Numbered from the whole stretch's first letter, positions 38,401 to 52,607 are shown. The stretch: 63,925 nucleotides of DNA, filler included, from Neoconidiobolus thromboides FSU 785 (GCA_025603075.1; 5 parts of 5 records of this genome joined end to end with filler, not necessarily neighbours in it), one strand, 5' to 3'. Made by a program: numbers and translations. The notes: generated by a model from the sequence alone, not told the origin.

Positions 38401-41400
38401 CTCTTTTCAGCTAATACAAGCAATCTTTCAGGTTCTAATACACTGTTTAATCTTTCTAATACTGAATCTTCAGCTAAGGATATTTCATCTAATAAAAATA
38501 AATCTCCTTGTTTCATTGCTTGTACTAAGGGTCCATCATGCCATTCAAATAAACTTTTGGATTGATAACATTTATTAATTAATTGTTCTATAAGTTCTTT
38601 TTCTATTTTTCCATCTTCTATTAATTGCCATAATTTATTATTACCATTTTTCTTTAAATACATTCCTTCAAATAGTGTTACTATTGTATCTAAATTCATA
38701 TCTTGTGTTGTTGACTCTATAAGATCATATTGATCTAAAAATGTTTTCAATTCAATTAATAAACTTTGAGAAAATTGCTCTTTGTTTCTTAATGGCCTTT
38801 GCCCACCTAATAAATCTGAGGTTTCTGTATTTTGATGACAATTTAGTATACTTAATTTTTGATTTAAAGCCAAAGCCAACATTTGACAAACGGTAGTTTT
38901 ACCACATCCTGTTTCACCTACTAATAATATAGGCTCTTTATGTTTTAAACAATTAGCTACTAAATAAAATAATCGTTTCATGGCTTTAGTCCATGCAATT
39001 GTATTATCTTCTAAATTTAAATTTTGATACTGTTGATATTCTTCAAGTTGGTCACAATTGTATAATTCATCCTCATTTAATTTAACTTTCATAACTTCTT
39101 CAATAACCTCCCGAACAATTTCTTTCTCTTCTGGTTTACGTACTCTTTCTGCTAATAACATATAACCATCTGCAGCCAATTGATCATAACCTACTGCTTG
39201 TCTATTGGCCCAACGGAATAAATCTCTTAATGTAATAAACCCTTCTTTACTTTCAAAAACTCTAGTAGATTGTCTTCTTAATTGTAATTTTTTGTAAACT
39301 AAGATCAATTTTTTACAATAAGATGGGGCAATTTTACATCGTTGACTAATAATAGTTTCTAATTCTTCTTCAGGTATATCATCAAAATGTAACTCTAAAA
39401 ATCGATTTCTAAATGCTCTTGAAAGCGCTTTACGGCCTCCATATAATCCTGCTGGATTTTGAGTAGCAAATAACATAAAATGGGGATGTGGTTTAACAAT
39501 TTCTTGAGTTTCTGATATTAATAACTCTCGATTATCATCTAATAATCGATTTAAAGCTTCTAATACATCTGATGGAGCTAAATTAAGTTCATCTAATACG
39601 ATCCAATGACCATTTCTTAATGCTTTAACTAAAGCACCTTCTTCAAATATTAATTTACCGTCTTTAGATATATACGATCCAATATATTCTTGTAAATCGG
39701 TATGCTCATGATTATTAATACGAATAAATTTATGACCCGTACATTTAGCTAAATATTCAATCATACTAGTTTTACCACTTGAAGTTGGACCTTGGATAAG
39801 TACTGGATATCTGGAACTCATAACCACACGTGCTAAATTTGACAAATTATTTTTAACGGAAGGTGTAATGATATAATGATCTCCTGCATTTTCAGCAATG
39901 GGTTCATTGCCCTTAGGTAACCAAAAAGCTCCAAAATTTACAAAGTTATTATTAGTATTATCTAATTTGGGTATTTGTGATAATAATTGGCGAGTATTTT
40001 TTACATTATTTAATAAATGTCTATAAATTAATTCACTCATTAATTTTTCACCTTCTCGATTTAATTGAGTTGAGAACGTCATACTAAAACCTTCATATAA
40101 TGATCTTCTTAATCCATAAATATTAATAATGTGCGATACATAAGTTAGGGATCTAGACAAGGTACGTATACTATAATGTGGTGTTTGATTAGCTCCATCG
40201 GCTATTTTACGTGCTTTAGTTAACTCTTTAGCTGTTTGATAAAACTCAACTACATCCATCACTGAATTTTCATCTCCATAAGTAAGACCAGAGAGATACC
40301 CTTTAACAATTGAAATTAGATCTTCTTGAATGGAGTCTGGCGAATGAGTATAAAACTCGGTAAATCTGTTTCTAAGACCTGGTGGTAAATCTCTTTTACC
40401 TACATCCGTAGCTGGATTCATACATGCAAATACACGAAAATTAGGATGTCTTTTTAATACTTCAGAGTCTCCTTTTTCAGTTAATAATATAGAACCGGAT
40501 GCATCTTGTAATAATCCACTTAAACATTCTAATGTTTCTGTACTAGCTAAATTAATTTCATCTAATAATACCCAATGACCCCGTTTTATCGCTTTGACTA
40601 AAGATCCTTCAATGAAACTAAACAATAACTTATTATCTAATTTATCCACTTGGGCTTCAAACTCATGTACAGTAACTTCAAATTTTTCCCATTTTTCTAT
40701 AAGTTCATTTGAAATTGTTCTTGAACTCTTGACTTGTTCACCATCTTTGTTTGCTTTATTAAATTTTGCTACTTCTTGAATGGAACTGTTGAATAATTGA
40801 ATTAATTTATTCCATTTTTTTTTTCTGAACACTTTTTGGGCTACGGTTAAAAATTTAACATTTGAAGTAGCTGAAAAAGTAGCTTTAAAGAGGTCTTCAA
40901 AAGCTTCATAGATAGGAAGGGCAACCGCTTTACTATCCACTGGTTTGAAACCACCTAAAAAATCAGAAGAATCAGACTGTTGCGATAAATTAACTACTAA
41001 TAACTTTTGATTCATTTCTCTAGCTAAATGTTGTACCACTGTAGTTTTACCAGTACCTGTTTCACCTACTAATAATACTGGTTCATTGAGATGAACACAT
41101 ACAGATAACCTTTCTAACAATCTCAAAGCGTGTTTAGTTAGAGCAAATGGTTGACGACTGGATTTTGAACTTAAAGTAAGCTCTTCTGCACCTGGATAAC
41201 GAGTTAAATTAACTCTACCAATTTTAAAGGTATTGTCCATATTATCAATTAAACTTGGTACATAAGACTTGAAATAATATTCAACTCTTTGTGCGTTGAT
41301 ATTTAATGCATCTCCTAAAACATATAATACTTTGGTCCAAACTTCAAAATCGGATATCATACCACAAAAACAATCCACAGCTTCACTAAAAAATTCTTCT

Positions 41401-42986
41401 TTGATAGTATCATTCAATGGGAAATCTAATCTTTGATTGGTACTTTGTAATAAGTTAGACATACGTGTACACCATTTAATGAGATCCCTAGTTGTTATAG
41501 CTCTACCTAATTTAGCAATAGATAAATTTAAGCTCTCTGGATGAATATAAACTTCTTTCATTATTTCATAAGCTTCTACAATTTCACCACTTAACTTAGA
41601 TAATAAAGGAAAGCGTTCATCGATCACTTGCTGAAGTTCCGATTTAGTGAGTGAATTGATCCATACTTTAGTCCATAAAGTACCACCTGGTAATTGTCTA
41701 TAACTAGCTGAGTGTAAATTTGAAGTACTAGCTATACGTCTAGTAGCAAATAATTGAAACCCATCTTTAGCTACCAACCTTTCACCACGATTGGAGATAA
41801 ATAAAGTTCTACTTTCTAATAAAGGAGTGATTACAGAGATTACTTCTTGTGGTGCAAGATCAATATCTTCAATAAGCACCCAAAGGCCATATTTTACAGC
41901 TCTTGTTAGTACCCCCATTTGCCAACGGAACTGACCAGGGGTTGAAGTGGTTACATAAGTTCCAAGTAAAGCTTTTGAATCCGTTTGATCACCTAAATGG
42001 ATTTTTATCAAATCTCTTTTACCTACTGAACGAGCAATCTCTTCAATTAAAGCAGTTTTACCAACACCTGTTTCACCTTCGAGTAAAACTGGAGAACCCA
42101 TGGATAAAGCTAAAGCTATCTCTTCCAAATTTTTGATTGTAGTTTCAGTACCAATTAAACTTTCTGTAGTTTCTTGTAAGTCGTGTTTAAGCATCAATAC
42201 GTTACCAATATTGATCACATTCTTTGATAGGTAAAGGGAGATTTCATTGAGGTTCCAAAGTGATTTTGAATCACTTGAAATTTGTCTGTTTTTTGAAAGT
42301 TCTTCTTGTTCTTGTAATAAGATTAATTGAGAATGATAATAAGTTTCATTGTCAATAATGGTTAATAGATCCTGCTCCGATAAGTTATAAGCTAATTGTA
42401 AGATACGAATGGAACAGCTGGCTACTGTTAAATGTTTTGATGATGAGAATAGGTAAAGTAAACTTAGATTCCAATATTTACTCAAGTCAGAAAAGCTTAA
42501 AGTTAATTTTAATAACACATTTAAACTTTTTAATAATTTTTGAGTTTTCGTTTCATTTTGTAATAAAATATCTATGGTATCTATAGTGACCTCGGAATAC
42601 TGATCCAACAGAGAAGGGGAAGAAGTTAAAAATTGAATCAACAAGCTATTAACCTGAGGTAAACTTGGTATTAATTGTGAAAACATTAATGCTAAACGTT
42701 CGATCTTTAAAAAAGGAGTTTGGTTTTGTTGAATTAATAAGGTTCTTAAAGTTAACTCTAATAATATTGGTCGGAAATAATCTCTTATTATAGGAGTTAA
42801 TTCAGCTATTGTAATTAAATAAGCTAACGCATCTAATGCCAAATTGGCATCTGGTATTTCCATGGCATCAACATAGACTACCAAATTATTATAATGAAAG
42901 TTGTACTCTTCATATTCAATATTAAGTTTATTAAATTTTTTCAAATCTTCTAACAAACTTTCAATTCCTTGTTTTAAATAGTACAT
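26970..42986 (-). CDS. MDN1: Midasin, AAA+ ATPase of 60S maturation
   Basis: 5338-aa ORF with six Walker A motifs (GETGVGKT, GETGTGKT, GPTSSGKT, GETGCGKT, GSPGVGKT, GNQGSGKT), a long linker, a D/E-rich region and a C-terminal MIDAS motif (DDSKS). Confidence 0.98.
32406..32474 (-). repeat. (AAT)n microsatellite encoding 23 Asn in midasin; a second ~10-Asn tract near 34125-34154
   Basis: Direct reading. Confidence 0.9.
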
Positions 42987-43856
42987 GATTTACTATTAAT
43001 TTTCTATTGTCTATAAAAAAAGTTAAAAAATTGATAATGAACTATCAAATTTTTAAAAATCCAATTTTACAACTTTGCATAAGAATAAATGGGACAGGAT
43101 AACTTAACCTTGGGACCAATTAAAAATTATGGGAAGTGAAAGTAACCAATGACTGTCTGTAAATATTAATCTTGAGATTTTACTAGAGTTGCTGCTATAT
43201 ATGGTATATTTTGTGATGAGATTGTTCATAAATTAAAAGTTGTTAGGTTATTAAAGAGTCAAATATAAAAATAAAATGTCAGTTTTAATTATTATAAATA
43301 ATTCCTATCATAATATCAATATTAAATAGCTGTTTGTGTATTTAGCTTAATGACAATAAATTAAAACACCAATTTTGAATGTTTAATAGTATACCTTTTT
43401 AATTAGCCCAAAAACATGTTTGATTAAAAGGTAATAATAAATCATGGGCGATTAATTATATTTGCATAACTACTATTTTGATAATTTGGCTTGGGCGAAG
43501 CTTCATTTAATTGCTATTTTATTAGTCAAAGATTTTTTTTATACCAAAAGATGAGAGTGATGTGAAATCTAGTATTTTTTTACCATCCCAAAAAAAACTT
43601 GGAGGCATGTTTGTATTTCAAAATTGATTTACTGTTTTGAATAAAGTATCTTATATTGATATCGTTTTATCATAAAACTTATATAGTATTATGCAATAAT
43701 TCACCATCCGTGGAACTATCTTCATAAATAAAACAAGTTTATCATAGAAAGTATCAAAACAACTTAATACCATATTTCAATTTAAAAATATAGCTAGCTA
43801 TTAAAACACTTTATTTAGTATAAGTATTACAAAGGAGTATTATAGTTAATCAATTC

Positions 43857-44506
43857 TTAAATTAGGGGATGTAATCTATCAATTTTATATTTGTATTTAT
43901 TACAATCATATATAAATGAAATTTACTGTAAGGGGACATTGTCTCTCATGTAAATAAAGTATTCAATAATTCTATTCATTTCTTCAGGACTAAGTAATAA
44001 AGATAACCCCATAATCAAACGTTTTTCTATTCTAAATATTGAAAAATAATCCTTAAAAAATTAATATTAATTATTATTTAATGTATTAAATTATTGCCTT
44101 AATATAATCTTCAACTTTATGGAATTCAGAGCTAGTTGTATCTTTAATTAATTTGTAGATGTTATCTTTAAAAGTCAAATACTTGAGGACGAGTTCATTA
44201 TACTGTTCACCATTTATCTTTTGATATACAATAGGTAATACTGCAACCAATTTAGATGTGATGATTGCTGCAACTAAACTATTTAGAGTTTAGTTTATAA
44301 TTTAATTAATATTACTTTTTTTTATTAATACATCTACTTCTCCTTTCTTTTCTTGTAACGATAACTGAACAAAGTCATTATATAACCTAATCAAATTGTT
44401 TTCATTTGATTCTAAAACACTTAAAAGAGTCTTTTCGTTTTGAATGGAATATAGGCTAAATCATTAATTTAACTCTAATAATATAGTATTATATGTACTT
44501 CAACAT
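43857..44506 (-). CDS. Five-exon ~155-aa helical protein, possibly hemerythrin-like
   Basis: Exons 44506-44499, 44455-44316, 44273-44098, 44051-43927 and 43875-43857 join in phase (468 nt). Introns are 42-51 nt and one has a GC donor. C-terminus LSPEEMNRIIEYF...VPLQLHP. Confidence 0.55.
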
Positions 44507-44685
44507 TTTTTCAATTTGTAAAATATTTGTTATGTTATTTCAAAAGATAGTTTTTTTATCTCATTTTTATACTTAATAAAATTCTAAGGATAAATAATCA
44601 CATTCTAAAATATTTATTTACTAAGCAGTTTACAGTTTAATATTTGAAACGCATGTTCAAGCAGATTAGCAAATTTAGTTGTAAT

Positions 44686-44926
44686 TTAATTTTTTGTAAC
44701 GTAAACATTGATAGGTTCAATAGGCTGTGTAGTAATGAAATTCTTATAGCGAATTACTTTTTCATTTTCTCTTTCAAAAGTAAAATTTCGTACTAAATTT
44801 GCAGTAACTAAATATAATTCCATCCAAGCCAAACTAATAAAAATTAGGTACTACTTACAACATTTCTAATTAAACTTACGTCCTACCAACACATCCTCTG
44901 GGTCCTAATAAAAATGGCATAAAATT
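44686..44926 (-). CDS. Cytochrome P450, 3' end only (contig end)
   Basis: NFMPFLLGPRGCVGRT|LAWMELY contains the heme motif FxxGxRxCxG. 46-nt intron at 44834-44879, stop at 44686. Confidence 0.9.
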
Positions 44927-45026
44927 NNNNNNNNNNNNNNNNNNNNNNNNNNNNNNNNNNNNNNNNNNNNTTAATTAATTAANNNNNNNNNNNNNNNNNN
45001 NNNNNNNNNNNNNNNNNNNNNNNNNN
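44927..45026. other. Artificial contig linker
   Basis: N44-TTAATTAATTAA-N44. Confidence 0.97.
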
Positions 45027-45939
45027 AATTTATAAAGCATTAAATTACTTATTATGAAAAATAATGTCAATAATTTAATAATGTTCTTGGTAGATAAAAA
45101 CAACAAAAACTTAATATAAATTATAAAAACATTCAAAAACAAAAGGTATATAAACACAGCATTTGAAGAAAAAACAAAGTATCAAATTTAGATTAGATTA
45201 CAAATTAACTTTGGTTTTTAAAAAATGAATTTCAAATTCACTATTACTTTAGCTTTACTTGATTTAGTAGCTAGTGCTTCTGTCTGTCCTACTGCTAAAA
45301 CCCTTGCCAAAGACATGGAAGGTCTCTATCGTCAAGATAAAACTGGTGTTACTGAAGTTATCTTTGGTTTTTATCATCAAATGCAATTAGATGGTAATGG
45401 CAACTATTACATATATAAGGATTTCTATTGTCCAGAAGGTACCCATTGTCCGATCCCTTTTGCTCCAACTTACCCTACTAAAGGTAAATATCAGGTCAGT
45501 AATGTATCTTGTGCTGGTCAAGAGTAATAGTTTTATAATAAGTATAAGTACAATCATAATCATTAATATTGATAGAACTTCTTTCCAAATGACCCTTACT
45601 GAATATGTTAATACTTTGAACATGCCAGTTGATGCTAATAATCGTTTAGTTAAACAACTTAAAGTCACAATGAAAGATGATAAATTAGTTATTAATGATA
45701 ATGATAATAAGAAATCAATCATTAGAGTCAATGATCATTGTGATTCTTCTATTCCTTCATTTGCACCATGGTAACTCTATTTGTTACTTATTATTAATAC
45801 ATCTAAGTGTTTTTAGTTCTGTCTCTACTGGAATCAAAGGAACCGATTGTTATGGTAAAAGATGCAAGATTGTTGAAAAGGTAAATTGATAAATTAAGAA
45901 ATAGCTTTAAATATCTAATTGTTTTTAATAGATCGAATT
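45027..45939 (+). repeat. Left arm of a 913-bp inverted repeat (partner 57539-58451)
   Basis: Only one difference seen (ACT/GCT at codon 8). Confidence 0.92.
45225..45889 (+). CDS. Secreted 188-aa 8-Cys protein of unknown function, copy A
   Basis: Exons 45225-45523, 45576-45770 and 45817-45889 (GT-AG introns of 52 and 46 nt) give 567 nt in frame, with a signal peptide. Confidence 0.85.
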
Positions 45940-46032
45940 CTGAAAAATAAAAATAATAAAACTGTGTTTAGTAAACCTGGTGATATTCTATTCAATATTT
46001 TTATTTAATTCGATGTTCAAATTTAATAAAAT

Positions 46033-46123
46033 AGTGATGTCTTTTTAGATTTCAATTTTATATTTTTAAGTGCTACTAAGTGGAAAAATTGTTAATAGAA
46101 TCCTTAAACAAAAAGATATCCCC
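46033..46123 (-). mobile_element. Degenerate MITE copy, the only one seen between 24.6 and 59.3 kb
   Basis: Family match. Confidence 0.7.
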
Positions 46124-46893
46124 AGTATTACTTTTTACTCTTATTTAATGTCATATTTCTTTGTTCAAAAATTTAGCTAATTTTGTATTTTATATGTAGG
46201 AAATGAACAAAACGTAGAAATAAAACACAAAATTAACCTACTTCTATATATTAAAATACAATTATTAATTTTAAAAGTATAAAACAATTAAAAATTTCCG
46301 AAAAAAACTTGTATTTCTAAGCACGTTATCCTAAAGTTTATGTGTGTAACTTTTTAATAAAGCGTGTATTTTAAAATATTAAGGGTTTATGTTAATGAAT
46401 TTCTCACTCTGTTTCTTCTACCCTATCCACCCGCCCATTCTCACCTTGCCTTCACTTATCTCTATAAACATGATGTTTTAGAGCTTGTGCTTTTCCAAGG
46501 TTTGAAAAAGGTAGATTTAAAAAAGGCTATTTGGTTAATTATAACTTTCAATATAAGGTCACAAAATAAAAAATTACTAAAAAATAGTTATTTAAAAACA
46601 ACTCATCAAAACCAATATTTATCACTAAATATTAGATCAATTAAGATTTTAAAGCAGGTGTAAAAATGTTAAAGTACACTTATAAGATAATAGATAATAT
46701 CACATATATATTTAGTATGAAATTTTTACCGCCATAGCTCCCCAAAGTATAAAGAAAAGCACCAAATCAAAAAGTATAAATGAATAGTAAATCTTCTTAA
46801 ACCATAGCTTCATTTTAAATTTTGCTTTTATTATAAATAATTGAATGCCACATAAAAAACTTCAAATTGACTACCGCTATATCAATCCATAAT

Positions 46894-48384
46894 TTATTGC
46901 TCCAATGTACCAAATAAAGCATACTTGATAGCTTCATTAAATAATGCATTGGTCATTTCAACATTGACTTTATTGCTACACAATATATTAGTCACAGTCT
47001 TAAAAACTTAAAAAAATTATACCTTTCTTTAATAATTTTACTAAATGGGCCCTCAGTTTTCTCTTCTTTATTTTTACTTTCATTATCACTACCTTCTTTC
47101 TTTTCCTCTTTGCCCTCTTTAATCTCAACGATACCCAAACTTTTTTCATAAGCTGTGATATGTTCTACTTCGCTATTAAAACTTTTTATATGCTCAAAAG
47201 TATTATCATCGTATCGATATTTTATTTCATCTTTTAAGTTAACAATCTGTTTATCAAAAAAGTCTTGATTCTATAAAGTAACATTTAAATTAAATAATTA
47301 ATCCCTGCTACTATTCAATTACCGAAAATACAGTTGAAGTGGACAGTGTATTCATCCAATATTTATCCCATAATTTAGCAATTATTTCTTCATCTTGGCT
47401 TGATTTAAAATATTCGACACTTAATGGGTAATATCTATTGAATTTTTAATATATTAATTACTCTTTAAAAACAGTCAATTTACTCTCCAGCATGCACACC
47501 AAAATCTTCAATTTTTTCTACTGGAATAGCTTGAAACTCAGTTTCTCTTTGATTTTCTGGAGTATAACCCTGTAATAATATTACACCATCAGTTCCATCA
47601 TTTATTATCAAATACTTACTGCTGGATAAGTTCTAAATGCTCCAATTTCTACTTTACCAGCTGATGAAGAACGTAAGGGATCAACCTAAAAATTGGTCAT
47701 TGTAATAAACTTTAAATTTTAAAGAGCTTACCACTATAGCTAAAAAAGGATCTTGAAACTGTTGATTTAATTTCTGTGTAGTAACATCAATACCAGATAA
47801 CCAACAGCCATATCCAGGATGAGAGTGATACCATCCAACGGCATTTTCAAGTCTACCCGACTATCATAAATTAAGAATTTATATTATTATTTTTACAACT
47901 TTAAACAAATTATTCTTACCTCTTTAATATTGGTCAAATACTCAATAAGATATTCGTTACCCTCAGATTGAGCATTAACCCTAGTTTCAGTACCTTCAAC
48001 AGGTAATGCAAATGCGTCTACTACTATTAACTCGCGACCTATTACTTTACCTTGCATAATGCCCATCACTTCAATATTGCCACCCTCTTTAGCATGAGTC
48101 AACTTTTAGATTATTAATCACTAATATTTTATTTTTCAGTTAATTTTAATTACCATCTTTATCAAGGCTTGAGTGGATATTTTTACATTCTGAAAATAGT
48201 TTGGGCTAGGAAATTATTAATAAATTGAATTTAGAATCGTAAAATAATACTCTTTATTCCATGGTTTTTGAGAAAAGATAGCGTCTTGTTCATGTTTATT
48301 GTATCGAAACATGAGCTCATCATCTAATTTTATTTCATTTTCAAATTGTAAATTTTGATATGCTAATTCACTATCTATTAACAT
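46894..48384 (-). CDS. CSN5: COP9 signalosome subunit 5 (JAMM deneddylase), multi-exon
   Basis: [28 protein letters not shown] motif [29 protein letters not shown]. Confidence 0.95.
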
Positions 48385-48524
48385 TTCTAATAATTAAAAT
48401 TAAAAAATAAGTAAAAAAAAACGTCATTTTTTTGAATTTTTAAGCTTATTTCTGCAAAATCATCAAGATTAGAATGAAAGTTGAATTAACTAGCTTCTTT
48501 ATTTTCCACCAATTTTAACTCAAT
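48385..48524. promoter_or_regulatory. 140-bp bidirectional promoter region between CSN5 and ARP10
   Basis: Head-to-head start codons. Confidence 0.55.
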
Positions 48525-50016
48525 ATGGAACAATCAGGTAGCGTCCTTAACTTTGAGCAAGAAGTAACAGCCCTCGAACAAGAAGCTTCCAACCTCAAAA
48601 TCAAACAAAAACCAACCAGTCAAAATGTGAAAAGTGCTATTAAATTAATCAAAGCAAATATTCACACTTTACAACCCAGTGCCAATAGTTTAGTATGGTC
48701 TGAAGAACGCATCATTATTGATTTAGGTTCCATGTATATCAAATTTGGTTTCTCGATTGTCTCTAAACCCCAACTGATATTACCTGTTTATCATGAAAGA
48801 TTAGAAGAACATTTGGGTTATATTGAAAAGGTAAATTCAAGAGATTGAATAGTGATGATGCTAACTTATTGTATATCTTATTTAGTATCTTGGATTTTAT
48901 TCTACACGATTTAATGAATTGGTAGAAAGTTTAGGAGGAGAATACCTATTTTATGATAAACTATATTTTATATTCAGTTTATTGTTTGGTATTCAAATAG
49001 CTAATGCAGCCCATCGTAAAAGATTGTTGATTTTAGAAAATGTTTATCTACCTTTACAATTTAAAAGACTAATTGCTACAGTTTTATTGGAAAAGTTCCA
49101 GGTATGCTTTTTTTAAAATAAGATGATTTTATGGTTTGTTGATTATTGTTCTTAGGTAGCTTCTATTTCTTTTTTAAATGCTCAATTGAGTGCACTTTTA
49201 AGTAGTGGTGAAAGTGAGGGTATTGTGGTTGATGTGGGTAATTTAGAAACCATTATAGTTGTAGTTAGTGATGGTAGAGTATTAAATAATTATACAATTA
49301 CCAGTCCATTAGCAGGAAAAAGGGTAACGGAGCATTTAAAACAATTATTATTGAGTTACAGTGAGTTGTACGATGAATCTGGGAATGAAGTGAAATTAGA
49401 AAGTGAAATGTTAAGTGTTAAATTTATGGAAGAATTTAAGTTAAGATATTTAACTATAAGTAAACAATTAAATGAAAATAAACAAATGAATATACAATCA
49501 ACAGAGTATGAGGAGTATTATCAAAGTATGGCCAAGATCAAAAATAGTTCCATTTTATTGAAATATCAAAATCAAAGTTATAAACTATTAGTTCCAGGAT
49601 GGATACGTGAGTTTACCTATGATTGTTTATTTAATGATAATGAATATCCTGATGAATTAAGTCCTTCTACAGCTTTATTACAAGTATTGAAAAAATTACC
49701 TATGGACTTAAAAAAATTAAGTAGTAAAATATTATTATGTGGTGGTATTACTAATCAAGTGAATTTTAATTATCGATTTTTAAAACAAGTTATGGAATCA
49801 TTAAGCCATAATAATAGATATGAAAATATTCAATATTTAATTAATTATATTCAATTATTAAATAATAATAAAATATTTAATAATGCTCACTTACCTTGGG
49901 TTGGTGCTTCAATTGCTACTAATATTCGTTCAATTCAAGATGATATTTTATTAGAACACTATGAACAGAATAATAATATACTTATTCCAGATTGGATCAA
50001 TAAAAATTTAAAATAA
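48525..50016 (+). CDS. ARP10: Actin-related protein of the dynactin Arp10/Arp11 type, multi-exon
   Basis: IIIDLGSMYIKFGF, RLLILENVYLPLQFKRLIATVL, GIVVDVGNLET, ILLCGG, WVGAS. Confidence 0.8.
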
Positions 50017-50054
50017 ATATTAGATTATTGTTGTTAAATTTATATTATTATGTT

Positions 50055-51848
50055 TTATTTTTTTAATGTAACTTCATTTGTATCATTATCGATAGTAGTA
50101 TAATGATATAAAATTGATAATAATTTTTGTCTCATACCAACCTTATTATCATACATTAAATTAAAATGATTTAAAATATCATTAACATTAGGACGAGTAG
50201 GTAAATCGTTATTCATAATAAAATTCAACACTTGATTAACATTAGGAAGACCGTATCTTTGATGTGGATATTGATCATAGCTAACAACTTTTCCTTTATA
50301 TGAATTTAATTCTAAAGCATCAAAATTCACTTGTGTAAAATATTTTTTTAAGATGTCTTTTTCATCAATGGTCATTATATCATTGGGCTTCCAATTAGGT
50401 TTTCCTGAATCTTTACGAATTAATTTACTTTCGACTCCTTCCGCAAAATCATGATCTTCCTATGTAATTAATTAATCAAACAGTTTATTATTATTATATA
50501 TATTAAATAATTTATCAATTACCAAAAACTTTTGTCCAAGATGATATTCTAAATTAAAAGCCTGAGCAAATCCTAATTCTTTGCCTTCACGTAATTGTTC
50601 TCTGGTTACCTATAAGTAAATTTAATATCATTTACTCTTTACTCTTTATTAATAATAACCCCTTACAATCAAACTAGTGGGTGATGAGTCCTTTAATATT
50701 TGAATAGTTTTTTTAGCCCATTCTACATGCTCTTTTTCATTTTCTAATTCCTTAATGATTTCTTTAATTGAACTTGGTTTAAAGCATCTATTATTGTAAT
50801 TACATTAATATTAAATTATTAATTATTAAATATGAAATATTACCTATTGATGGAATTAATATAAGGTTCTAAACTAAAATTCACATCATCATCATATTCA
50901 GCAACGAAATCCTCAATAGCTAAATTAACTACATCCAAATCAGAAGAGTCCAACTCATTAAGTCTTTCTTCTAAAATAGGGATTCTTTCTGAAGGTACAT
51001 AATGGGTAGCAATACCCGCAATAAACACGTCTCTACCGGTTAAACGATGTCCAGTAAGGCCTAAATAAGTACCCAATTCTCCATCTAATCGTGGTAAAAA
51101 GAAAGTACCACCAACATCAGGGAATAATCCAATACTACATTCTGGCATGGCAAATACTGTTTTTTCAGTAGCAATACGGAAAGGCGCATGAACACTTATA
51201 CCTACTCCCCCTCCCATGGTAATACCATCCATAATGGCTACAAAAGGTGTATTTAAGGTACCAATTTTATGATTTAATTGGTATTCTTCTTTAAAGAAAG
51301 TAGCACCGTTACTATCTTTATTTTTTGCACTGGATGCTAAAGCTTTAATATCGCCACCACTACAAAAGGCTTTGGGATGGTTGCTTTTAAGTAGAATTAC
51401 TTTACATAAATCACTCTGCTCCCAAGACTAAAAACAAGTAAGTTTAAAATATTGAGATTGTTTTATAAATTATTTTGTACTTACTTCTAACTGTGGTGTC
51501 ATATTTCTTATCATATTTAAATTTAAAGCATTAAATGCTGCTCCTCGATTTAATATAAAGGTTCTACCAGTACCTTGCTTACGATGTAATACTTCAGGCT
51601 AATTATATTGTTTTAATATTTATAGCTTATTGACTAATTAATTACCTGTTTTGGTTCAACTACTTGACTCAATTTAATACCTTCTTCTTTAGTATTATTA
51701 CTAGAATACTAATTTCATTGAATATTAATAAGTTTATATATAGTCACTAAATTTGACTTACATTATTTTTTTGACTCATATTATTGGAAATTAAAGCTAA
51801 TCTATTGCTGGCGTTAGTTAGTAATGATCTATTACTATTAGGTAACAT
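50055..51848 (-). CDS. HIBCH: 3-hydroxyisobutyryl-CoA hydrolase (mitochondrial), multi-exon
   Basis: LNRGAALNALN, AFCSGGDIK, MDGITMGGGVGIS, FAMPECSIGLFPDVG, HDFAEGV. Start inferred from a presequence-like N-terminus. Confidence 0.93.
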
Positions 51849-52607
51849 TTGTTTAATTGATGACTTATAAACTCTTTTTAAATTGGATCTTAAGATTAAA
51901 CTCATTTCTATGGAATTTTAATACTAAAAAAAGTTTACACTTTATTTTTTATAATCTTTTTTTTATTCTTTTATTTTGGTTTTATATTTTTCCAAATTCC
52001 ACCAATAATATTTCTAATTTAGTTTTATGTCCAAGTTTCAATCCCTTTTTTATTGAGTTACGAAATCGAAATTTTGACTATTTTTATAGTAAGTTTCTAT
52101 ATAAAAATAGTAATACAAACAAAAGTCATTAAAAATTAACTATAATTTGATTACTTATTTCTTTTTGGTAATTTAAGAGTTAAATTTGACTATTTGTTAT
52201 TCAATCGTATATGCTAAGTAATGTTAAAGTAATATTAATTGCTATGTTTTAAATTAAACTTATTGTCAATGATAATGTGATATAAAAAATAACTTAATAG
52301 TGATAATCGTAACTAATTTTAAAAATAATTTTTAATTGAATGTGCTATTACAATATAAAAATCATCAACTAAAATACTAAAATAATCATTTATTTAATGA
52401 GCTAAACAGAAAGAAAAAGATATAATATAAATAGCAATTATGGTCAAAAAAACTAGTAATTGTATTGTAAAAAATAAAAGGCAAATTTGCTTTAATTTCT
52501 ACTTATATAAAATCATAACTAAGTTAGTGAATAACACTACACATAAAATTTTCACAAAAAAGTATTGCCTTATCCGTCTTCTTTAACCCCTCAACCCCTC
52601 AACTTTT

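Noticed and set aside
46716-46817. 33-aa hydrophobic ORF on the minus strand downstream of CSN5
   Set aside because: Such ORFs arise easily in T-rich 3' regions and there is no supporting evidence.
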